From a virus (taxonomy: Duplodnaviria; Caudoviricetes), in IMG/VR virus record IMGVR_UViG_2937884906_000001, positions 1-64,000 of that record: a stretch of DNA of 64,000 bases; one strand, given 5' to 3'. Position numbers and translations under genes: made by a program. This document shows, in pieces, positions 52,103 to 59,579 of this stretch; the first letter of the stretch is position 1; each line of letters opens with the position of its first letter. Under the pieces are notes generated by a model. The model made no database searches and had not been told where the DNA came from. It saw only the letters and a list, made by a program, of their open reading frames with translations.

Positions 52103-54543
52103 TGGGTATTTTTGCCTCCGAAGCGCCGAAATACTGGGCTCTCGGCAAGCCCGCGATCCCGCTGCGGATCGGTTTCAAGAACCCGTGGATCGATGCGTGG
52201 CAGGTTTTCGCCGATCGCATGCCCACCGAACGCGAGCAGCACATCTGGTTGCAGCAAAAGGGCAACGGCAACATCGGCATGCCGATGGGCGCCGCCTCTG
52301 GCATCGTCGCGATCGACGTCGACAGCGATGATCCGCGCGTCCAGCGCATCATCGAACAGCTCCTCCCGAAGTCGCCCTGGCGCCGTGTCGGTCGCAAGGG
52401 TGCCGTCTACGCTTACCGGTTCGAGGGCGAGCGCACTTTCCGCATCAAGGACTCGAAAGGTGAAATGCTGCTGGAATGCCTGTCCAAAGGCACCCAGATC
52501 GTGCTCCCGCCGTCAATCCACCCGGACACGGGCAAGGCCTACGCGGCCAACTGCGAGCTGACCGAGGTCATCGGTGCCCTCCCGGCCCTCCCGAAGGGTG
52601 TCGAGGGCATGCTGCGCGAGGCTCTGAAGGTCGAGGGCTTCGAGCTTTCGAGCTCGGGTAACACCAAAATCACTTCTTTCGTGCCGGCTGGTGCGCGTGA
52701 CAACGCTCTGGTCTACAATGCCGGCCTGCTCGCTCGAGCAGTTACGAGGGGTGAACGCACACTGGTTGAAGCCATGGGCGAGATGAAGGCCTGGGTCGAG
52801 GGCTACACCGAGAAGGTGGCCGGCGATGAGGTCGACATCGGCAAGGCGCAGACCAAGGTCGTCGACTTCCTCATGCGCGACGTCACCGGCGAGAAGCGCA
52901 AGGCCCTCCCCCTCGGCTGGGACGACGGCCTGACCGAGGATGATAAGACCAAGCTCGGCCTCTCTATCACCGACGAGAATGAGCGCTGGGACGCTGAAAG
53001 GATCACGGCCCACCTGGTCTCCGAGTTCGAGCGTCATGTCACGCCGGACACAGCCGGCTGGACGCGCGCCGTGGAAGTCGTGCTCGATCGCATGGCGCGC
53101 AATCCCGACATCAGCTCGCTCGATGAAGAGCGCATTCTGAAGTTCATCGTCTCGGCGTCGAGAGGTGCCTTCTCGCTCACCACACTGCGCGGCGAGCTCA
53201 AGAAGCTGCGCATGGGCGAGATCTCCGGCACCGACCACACCGAGGTCGCCCTGGCGGCGATCAAGGACATGGAGGAGTTCGGCAAGCTGAAGTTCCACCA
53301 GGGCCAGTTCTGGCAGTGGAAGGGCGCGTCCTGGGAGACGGTCGACCAGAACGAGTTCATCAAACACCTGTCCCAGGAATACGGCAAGCTGCCGGTCTGC
53401 AAGCGGTACTCCGACCTGGCGCAGATCGTGAAGCTGATGGGCAGCAAGCTGACGGCCGAGCTCAAGTCGGTCCAGCTGACCGGCGTGAACTTCGCCAACG
53501 GCTTCCTGACCGAGGAGCTGGATCTGCGCAAGCACTCACCAGAGTTCGGCTGCACCTACGTGCTGCCCTATCGGTACCAGCAGGACAGCCGCTGCCCGCT
53601 TTTTCTTCAGATGCTGGACGATTGCTGGGGAGAAGATCCTGACTACGGCGACAAGGTGATGGCGCTGCAGGAGGCACTTGCGGTAACGCTCATGGGTATT
53701 GCACCGCAATATCAGCGAGCGTTCTGTCTGATCGGCCAAGCACACAGCGGCAAGTCACGTATCCTGGAGATCCTCCGGGGCCTGATCCCGCAGGGCAGCT
53801 TCTCCGCTATCCCGCCGACCGATTGGCATGACAAGTTCCTGCCGGCCCAGATGGCCGACAAGCTGGTCAACTTCGCCGGTGAGATCTCCGAGAAGCGTGA
53901 CATCGACGGCGAAATCTTCAAGCAGATCGTGTGCGGCGAAAACATCACGGCTCAGCACAAGAACCAGTCGCCGTTCGGCTTCAACGCGCGGGCCGCCCAG
54001 TGGTTCGCCTCGAACCACACGCCCAAGACCAAGGACACGTCGGACGGCTTCAACCGTCGCTGGCTCTTCATCAAGTTTCCGCGGCGTATCCCGGACGAGA
54101 AGAAGATCATCGACATCGACCAGATCATCCTGGCGGCCGAGCGCGAGCAGATCGTCGCCTGGGCGCTCCAGGGGCTCTCGCGACTGAAGCAGAACAAGGA
54201 CTACACCATCCCCTCAAGCCATAGGGTGGTGATCGACGACATGGCTAACCAGAACAATTCGGTGCGATATTTTTTGTCACAGAGCCCTCGTCTCAGAGTG
54301 GGGAAGCGCGAGCACGAGGGCATGAATTCTTCCAAGACCCGCACTATGGGGGATCTCCTTTTCGACGAATACTGGGTTTTCTGCGCTCAGGCGGGGGGTG
54401 TCCAGCGTGTGCCACGTCAGAGATTTCACGGATTGATGGAGGAGCTGGCGCCCGCCTTCAGGTTCGAGCAGCTGAGAGAGATCCGGAATGGGGGCACCGA
54501 CATCGTCTACAACTACGTCACCTTTGCGGGGACGATGAAGTAA
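52099..54543 (+). CDS. primase-polymerase / D5-like SF3 helicase
   Basis: Prim-Pol GNIG...AIDVD, GTQIVLPPS.HP; GARDNAL (PriCT); GQAHSGKS Walker A, KNQSPF, SNH.P. Confidence 0.92.
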   Translation: MMGIFASEAPKYWALGKPAIPLRIGFKNPWIDAWQVFADRMPTEREQHIWLQQKGNGNIGMPMGAASGIVAIDVDSDDPRVQRIIEQLLPKSPWRRVGRKGAVYAYRFEGERTFRIKDSKGEMLLECLSKGTQIVLPPSIHPDTGKAYAANCELTEVIGALPALPKGVEGMLREALKVEGFELSSSGNTKITSFVPAGARDNALVYNAGLLARAVTRGERTLVEAMGEMKAWVEGYTEKVAGDEVDIGKAQTKVVDFLMRDVTGEKRKALPLGWDDGLTEDDKTKLGLSITDENERWDAERITAHLVSEFERHVTPDTAGWTRAVEVVLDRMARNPDISSLDEERILKFIVSASRGAFSLTTLRGELKKLRMGEISGTDHTEVALAAIKDMEEFGKLKFHQGQFWQWKGASWETVDQNEFIKHLSQEYGKLPVCKRYSDLAQIVKLMGSKLTAELKSVQLTGVNFANGFLTEELDLRKHSPEFGCTYVLPYRYQQDSRCPLFLQMLDDCWGEDPDYGDKVMALQEALAVTLMGIAPQYQRAFCLIGQAHSGKSRILEILRGLIPQGSFSAIPPTDWHDKFLPAQMADKLVNFAGEISEKRDIDGEIFKQIVCGENITAQHKNQSPFGFNARAAQWFASNHTPKTKDTSDGFNRRWLFIKFPRRIPDEKKIIDIDQIILAAEREQIVAWALQGLSRLKQNKDYTIPSSHRVVIDDMANQNNSVRYFLSQSPRLRVGKREHEGMNSSKTRTMGDLLFDEYWVFCAQAGGVQRVPRQRFHGLMEELAPAFRFEQLREIRNGGTDIVYNYVTFAGTMK

Positions 54544-54591
54544 TCACCGTCGATGCTGATGAGTGGTGGGAATACGAGAAGTGGATCAGTT

Positions 54592-54828
54592 ATGAGCCAG
54601 AATGAAGACCTCGACCTGCTGCTCGACGCCGTGTCCGACCACCTGGACATCGCGTTCCAGGCTGGTTGCTCAGTGCCGGAGATCGTCAGTTGCCTGGAGC
54701 AGGCGGTCGCTCTGTTCCTGCTCGACAAGATGTCGGTGGAGGAGGCGCTGGGGGTGGTGCGGACCTCCTGCGCTGACATGATGGCTCGGATCCCCAGGAT
54801 CGCCGGAGATCCGGACGCAAAACACTAA
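54592..54828 (+). CDS. hypothetical protein
   Basis: 78-aa helical ORF after primase. Confidence 0.55.
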   Translation: MSQNEDLDLLLDAVSDHLDIAFQAGCSVPEIVSCLEQAVALFLLDKMSVEEALGVVRTSCADMMARIPRIAGDPDAKH

Positions 54829-54834
54829 AAATCA

Positions 54835-54849
54835 CTCTTCCTATAGTAT
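54835..54849 (+). promoter_or_regulatory. conserved phage motif copy (CTCTTCCTATAGTAT)
   Basis: Intergenic, 55 nt before a terminator. Confidence 0.6.
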
Positions 54850-54904
54850 CGCGTTTGACCATCTCCCGGTTTGGGATTAGGGATTTGGTCAAGAGACGCG
54901 GAAG

Positions 54905-54932
54905 AAAGGGCGCTCTTCGGGGCGCCCTTTTT
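54905..54932. terminator. intrinsic terminator
   Basis: AAAGGGCGCTC-TTCG-GGGCGCCCTTTTT. Confidence 0.88.
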
Positions 54933-55172
54933 CGTTCTTGCTAAGTATTAGAGTGCTATTACTTGGTTTTCCAAAAATTTTTGTAGAGTATGTGTGGGTC
55001 CATTCCCGGCGTCGAGGCAGGAAAAGCCTAGGAAAATGGTGTACTCCTTCTCTTGTTCCTGCGAACTGGTGGGTTATTCTTAGTTATCGGCAATGAGTTG
55101 TTGCTGGTGGCGGGGCTCCCCCGCGAGGTCTCCCTCGGGAGGCAAGGGCGGAGCCATGTCTGAACCGGAAGT

Positions 55173-55253
55173 TGCTCAATCGAGCAGCGCCAAGCCCCGA
55201 AGGGGGCGAGGACGGGGAAGGTGCGCCTGATCCACAACCTGCTCAATTGAGCA
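55173..55253. repeat. pair of 14-bp palindromes (operator-like)
   Basis: TGCTCAATCGAGCA (55173-55186) and TGCTCAATTGAGCA (55240-55253) before first early gene. Confidence 0.6.
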
Positions 55254-55268
55254 AAACGGAGAGTGAAA

Positions 55269-55901
55269 ATGGCTACGGGTTACACGCTGGCGGGCGTCGC
55301 TGGACGCATCCGCGATCTCGAGAACAAGACAAATGGCGCTTACTACGTGGGCGTTTGCTGGCTGGCGATGTGCCGCGATAGCGGCAAGGGTGCGAAAAAG
55401 CGCCTCGCCGACAAGGTGTTCGGCGTCGACAAGGGCGCGAAGGAAACCAGCACGTTCCGCAATGCATGGCGGATTGCCGAAAAGGCCTTTTCGGAAGGCT
55501 TCCCGGCGGCGCACCGCAAGGCGGTTGTGGAGCTGGCGCTGGATGAGGCGATTGACTTCGCAGTCAAGGCGCTGGAGGCGCACAAGACCGCGCTCAAGGT
55601 CACGAACATGAAGGATTACGAGGACGTATGCAAATACGCCTCTGTCGAGACCATGCCGCCCAAGGCGGAGGCCGAACCGGACCCTGAAGCGGAGGCGAAG
55701 GCCAAAGCGGAGGCGGAGGAACAGGCCGAAGCGGAGGCGAAGGCCAAACGTGAGGCCGAACTCAACCCGGTCGACCCGCTGATCGGTCTGCGACATGCCG
55801 CCAGCGAGTTGACGCTGGAACAGGCGATCGAATTCGCCGGATGGCTGAACGAGCACATCCAGCGGGCGATGCAGCCCACGGAAGAGAGGAAGGCGGCCTA
55901 A
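55269..55901 (+). CDS. early hypothetical protein with EAK-rich repeat
   Basis: SD GGAGAG; 21-bp direct repeat encoding EAEAKAK twice. Confidence 0.75.
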   Translation: MATGYTLAGVAGRIRDLENKTNGAYYVGVCWLAMCRDSGKGAKKRLADKVFGVDKGAKETSTFRNAWRIAEKAFSEGFPAAHRKAVVELALDEAIDFAVKALEAHKTALKVTNMKDYEDVCKYASVETMPPKAEAEPDPEAEAKAKAEAEEQAEAEAKAKREAELNPVDPLIGLRHAASELTLEQAIEFAGWLNEHIQRAMQPTEERKAA

Positions 55902-56021
55902 GCCGCCCTCCCCGGGCCGCCCCCACGGGCGGCCCACCCCCTCCTGCGTCCGCGCATAGGGTGCGCGTGGACGCTCATTTAGCGCACCCGCTACAGCCCA
56001 AAAATCGCAAGGAGAGTGAGA

Positions 56022-56453
56022 ATGCGTGTCCTTCCGGACCTGTCGCAAAAACCCCGTCGCGGCCAGCGTCTGGCGCATACCGTGCTGGTGCGCGAGGACG
56101 GCTTTTCGCAGTCTCATTCCCTTGCCGACATGGTGCATCGCGTCTGGAATGGCTTCAGCCTTCCCAAGGTCGCCTGCACCGCACCCGAGCGTGAGGCGCT
56201 TGAGCGTGTCTCCGCTCGGCCGTCGCGCCAGCACCAGGCCCCCGTCCGACGCAATGCCCGCCGGCTGTACTCGCCGCAGGATCAGCGTGGGGTCGAGACC
56301 GTCTTCGTGATCATGGATCGCCAAGAGGGCCAGGTGCTGGCGCGGGTGAAGGGCGGTGCCCTTCACGCTGAAGTTGAAGCCGAGAAGCTCGCCCGATCGC
56401 AGGGGTTCGAGCTCTCCGATCTCAAAGTCATTTTCGAGGGAGAACTCTCATGA
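56022..56453 (+). CDS. early hypothetical basic protein
   Basis: SD AAGGAG. Confidence 0.6.
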   Translation: MRVLPDLSQKPRRGQRLAHTVLVREDGFSQSHSLADMVHRVWNGFSLPKVACTAPEREALERVSARPSRQHQAPVRRNARRLYSPQDQRGVETVFVIMDRQEGQVLARVKGGALHAEVEAEKLARSQGFELSDLKVIFEGELS

Positions 56454-56659
56454 TCCGCATCACACTCGCCGCCAGCGGGCTGGCCGCGCTCGTCGGCTGG
56501 ATGTCACCACAGCTACAGGACGGCCAGCAGCACCTCTACACGCTGGAGGTGGACGGCAAGCAGATCTCGGCCGGCCCGAGCTGCGTGGCCGCGTGGCGCG
56601 CGGCGGACGGCGCCATCCCAGCCGGGTGGCGCGAGATCATCTGCTACCAGATCAGGTGA
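56450..56659 (+). CDS. small exported/membrane protein
   Basis: Hydrophobic N-terminus; two Cys. Confidence 0.6.
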   Translation: MIRITLAASGLAALVGWMSPQLQDGQQHLYTLEVDGKQISAGPSCVAAWRAADGAIPAGWREIICYQIR

Positions 56660-56669
56660 CATTTCTAGG

Positions 56670-56900
56670 CCGCTCCACGGTCGTGTGGGGGAGCGGGACG
56701 CGCCGGAAGCTCGGGAGAGCGCTTGGCTGCACTTCGGGTGCGGGAGACGGGTCAACGCGGACGGAGGGACGACGACCACATCCCGAGAGAGAGCGCCTGC
56801 GCCACATCCTAACCGAGCGGTTGGGGCTGTGTCTGCAACTTATTGTTGTGGAATTCAGCCTCGGTTCGGGCTCTGGACGTGGCGCAGGCGGTGGCGGGGG
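56670..56900. ncRNA. candidate structured non-coding RNA / RNase III processing site
   Basis: Perfect 12-bp stem 56794-56805/56879-56890 with nested stems; extra hairpin 56670-56696; no credible ORF. Confidence 0.45.
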
Positions 56901-56988
56901 CCAAATCAGCGCTCCACCAAGTTTTTCTGTCACGCGTCCACATGAGTTTTCCAGTTGTCTTTTGCAACCAGTTTCGCGGAGAAATCAG

Positions 56989-57141
56989 ATGATGCAACAC
57001 CCTTACTGGACCCCGGCTAAGGTCGAACAGCGGCTCGAAGCGATCGAGAAGAACCGGCTGGAGGCCATTCGCTATCTCGATGAGGCCAGGCTTCGCCGAC
57101 CGGCCGGTAGGGTGCTCGAGGCACTCGAAATCAAACATTAG
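56989..57141 (+). CDS. small hypothetical protein (50 aa)
   Basis: SD GGAG; MMQHPYWTPAKVEQRLEAIE... Confidence 0.6.
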   Translation: MMQHPYWTPAKVEQRLEAIEKNRLEAIRYLDEARLRRPAGRVLEALEIKH

Positions 57142-57282
57142 TTTAAGAAACCGGAATAAGCTATTCTAATTGCGTGGCTTTTTCCCTATTATAAGATCTT
57201 TTATTTCTCTCCCAATTCCCCAACGCGGGGAAAATAATAAGGAGTACAGAACGATACCTAAAATCACAAAGGGGCTAAGAAA

Positions 57283-57297
57283 ATTTGACTATAGTAC
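57283..57297 (+). promoter_or_regulatory. conserved phage motif copy, degenerate (TTGACTATAGTAC)
   Basis: In AT-rich intergenic region before 57370. Confidence 0.5.
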
Positions 57298-57369
57298 ATA
57301 TAAAATAATGGTCTTAGGAATTGGCCCCTCACACTGTTCTCCTTATTCCGCGATACTATGTGAGCACCC

Positions 57370-57804
57370 ATGGCCAGACCGAAAACCCCTCTGAAAGACC
57401 GAGTACTCCGGCAATCCCACATTGAGGGCAACCACCTGATCTGGAACGGTCCAATGCGTGGTCGTCGCCCTGTCATGCGCCACTACGGAAACCCGGCCCG
57501 TGTGCTGCTCAATTTGGTGGATTTCCCACGGATTTCAATCCGTCCCACCTGCCTTGAGCCGCGATGCATCGAGCCCACCCACTGGCGCGTGGTGAAAGAG
57601 CGCGACTTCAAATACCTCGACCTCCCACCGGTGACATGGCGCGATCCCCGCGACACCTCGACGGCCGATTTCACCGACCAAGAGGTCGAGGAAATCCAGA
57701 TGATCGTCGAGGACGGAAACGTCGACGAGGAAGAGCTTGCGAAGTGGTATCGGCCCGAAGTCGTGGCCGAGATCCTGCGCCGCGCCAGCGCCACCTCCAC
57801 CTAA
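57370..57804 (+). CDS. degenerate HNH/His-Me finger-like protein
   Basis: HLIWNG...TC.EPRCIEPTHW resembles HxC...C.NP.H of phage HNH proteins. Confidence 0.55.
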   Translation: MARPKTPLKDRVLRQSHIEGNHLIWNGPMRGRRPVMRHYGNPARVLLNLVDFPRISIRPTCLEPRCIEPTHWRVVKERDFKYLDLPPVTWRDPRDTSTADFTDQEVEEIQMIVEDGNVDEEELAKWYRPEVVAEILRRASATST

Positions 57805-57862
57805 GAACCACCAAAAGCAACAGCAACAGCAACGCGCCCTGAGCGCCACGGAGAAGCACGTC

Positions 57863-57967
57863 ATGGCGCAAGCGGCCAACCCTTTCCGTCGCAAGAGACG
57901 ACGGAACCAGTCAACCCGCTTCCTTTCGAAGCGCGAAACCGCAACTCACCCGTCCTTGGTGAAGTGA
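57863..57967 (+). CDS. Arg-rich micropeptide (34 aa)
   Basis: SD GGAG; MAQAANPFRRKRRRNQSTRF...; stop abuts next ATG. Confidence 0.45.
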   Translation: MAQAANPFRRKRRRNQSTRFLSKRETATHPSLVK

Positions 57968-57968
57968 C

Positions 57969-58157
57969 ATGTCCCAGCCCCTCTATCGCATCGTCGCGAC
58001 CAGACGATGCAAGACGCACAGACCAGGCACCACACTCGACTTCACCGGCCCTCGCAGCTCCCTGACCAAAGGCTGGCGTGTCGTCGGCCGATACCAGGGC
58101 AAGAACTACGTCACCAACCTGTCGGGCATGCAGTTCGACATCGTGGAGTACCGATGA
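57969..58157 (+). CDS. hypothetical protein
   Basis: 62 aa, coupled to next gene. Confidence 0.6.
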   Translation: MSQPLYRIVATRRCKTHRPGTTLDFTGPRSSLTKGWRVVGRYQGKNYVTNLSGMQFDIVEYR

Positions 58158-58570
58158 TGCTGACCCATTCCCAAGCCCGCTCGATCGCGGAAGCCCTCTG
58201 GGGCACAGGCGGCACCCATTCCGCCCGCACCAACAGGCCCGGTGCCTTCTACTTCTCCTGTTCGGGCCACGGCGGCTTCGTGATCGACGCCCGCTGCCTT
58301 GCCCATGACGAGTATGCTCGCTTCATCAAGCACATCACCCCCGAGCAGGCCCAGGACTACGGCAAGGCGATCCAACACCCCTACCGCCGCCGCTCGTTCA
58401 AGGTCACCCAGACCCAACTCGCCAACATGCAGGAGTTCGAGTTCTTCGTGCTCGAGGAAGACTGCGATTGGTGCATCGCGCCACTCATGGCCGGCATCCG
58501 CGTTGAGGGCATGACCGACGAGGCCGCCCAATCCACGTTCGACCACTGGCTGAAGGACAAAGCCGCATGA
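58154..58570 (+). CDS. hypothetical protein (DUF7007-like)
   Basis: CSGHGGF...LEEDCDW pattern (family name from memory). Confidence 0.6.
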   Translation: MMLTHSQARSIAEALWGTGGTHSARTNRPGAFYFSCSGHGGFVIDARCLAHDEYARFIKHITPEQAQDYGKAIQHPYRRRSFKVTQTQLANMQEFEFFVLEEDCDWCIAPLMAGIRVEGMTDEAAQSTFDHWLKDKAA

Positions 58571-58779
58571 ACCGCCACCTTTTCCACCCCGATGGCCGCC
58601 ACGTCCAAATAGGCGACGAGGTCACCTCATTCCGCGACGAGAAAGCCACCATCACCGGCTGGGACAAGACCGGCCGCAATCGGGTCTACGTGAAGTGGGC
58701 TGATGGTGGCATCGGGTCTGAGTACTTCGTCTCTGTCTTCGACCTCACATGGGACAAGCCAAATGCAGCAACTGACTAG
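58567..58779 (+). CDS. small SH3-like hypothetical protein
   Basis: VQIGDEV...RVYVKW. Confidence 0.6.
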   Translation: MNRHLFHPDGRHVQIGDEVTSFRDEKATITGWDKTGRNRVYVKWADGGIGSEYFVSVFDLTWDKPNAATD

Positions 58780-59077
58780 CGCCCAGGGCGATAGCGACCA
58801 GCATTACCGGAACCTCAATCTTTACCAGCGCCTGGGAAAGCCCGCCGAGTCCATGCTCGGCTGCTACTGGCAGATCGACGAGAAGGCCTACCACTTCTTC
58901 GAGGCCCTACTGCCACCTCGCTACTGCGCCGGTGGCTTCCGCCTCAGCGAGCGCCTGACCGGCGACATCGCCGCGACCTATCTAAAGGTCGGCGCCCACT
59001 ACTGGTGCGGGTTCACGGATCTGGGCGACACGCCGGCCACCGCTCTGGTGGCGCACATCGCGTTGGAGCTCGCATGA
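58763..59077 (+). CDS. DUF1419-like protein
   Basis: IDEKAY.FFE.LLPP...F...E.LTG (family name from memory). Confidence 0.6.
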   Translation: MQQLTSAQGDSDQHYRNLNLYQRLGKPAESMLGCYWQIDEKAYHFFEALLPPRYCAGGFRLSERLTGDIAATYLKVGAHYWCGFTDLGDTPATALVAHIALELA

Positions 59078-59260
59078 GGCTACGCCGCCGCAAAGGCAGG
59101 CGAACCGGGCCCGCCGTTCCCAACGCCGGACAGCTCATGGGCTGACCGTCTCTACAACCGCGGCTGGTGTGACGGTCGCGCTACCATAGCTGATCCGAGA
59201 GTTGTTCCCGAATGCGTGGTCGACGATCAGCCAACACAGGAGGCCATCATGAAGAAGTAA
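59078..59260 (+). pseudogene. start-less Rmf-like reading frame (broken gene, readthrough or frameshift product)
   Basis: 60 open codons after TGA 59075-59077: GYAAAKAG...P...RLYNRGWCDG. Confidence 0.35.
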
Positions 59261-59437
59261 CCGCACCACCTCCGCCGGACTAATATAGCGCCCCCATCAA
59301 CCACCGCTCCTTCCGAGCACCTACGGCGCATCGGACTTCAACCAAATCTCTCAATTGGCACTCAACTAGAGCTCATGGGATCAAAATCGATTTAGTTCGA
59401 TCGGGTCATGAGACGAACGGCTTGCCATAATACCCCC

Positions 59438-59560
59438 TCGCTGAATGCGGGTCTGCAACGACCTAAACTTGTGACCCGTCCACCGCATGAGCGTGGACCG
59501 AGCCGCTCCTTCGAGAATGGAGCACCTCAAGGCCCTCGCCACCAGCGAGGGCCTTTTTCT
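59438..59560 (+). ncRNA. candidate sRNA/leader (three hairpins plus terminator) upstream of kinases
   Basis: TGcCATAAT extended -10 at 59423-59431; stems 59447-59479, 59478-59498, 59505-59523; terminator 59530-59558. Confidence 0.5.
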
Positions 59561-59579
59561 TTGCCCACGGAGAGCGACC

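Noticed and set aside
844-57297. Motif as T7-type RNA polymerase promoter (ACTATAGG resemblance) or as strand-specific nick site
   Set aside because: No single-subunit RNAP in the window and no conserved upstream specificity region. Copies lie on both strands, unlike described programmed nick sites.
56670-59560. tRNA, tmRNA, SRP, 6S, RNase P or hammerhead identity for the structured stretches
   Set aside because: No T-loop/D-loop cloverleaf or family-defining conserved nucleotides recognised by eye.
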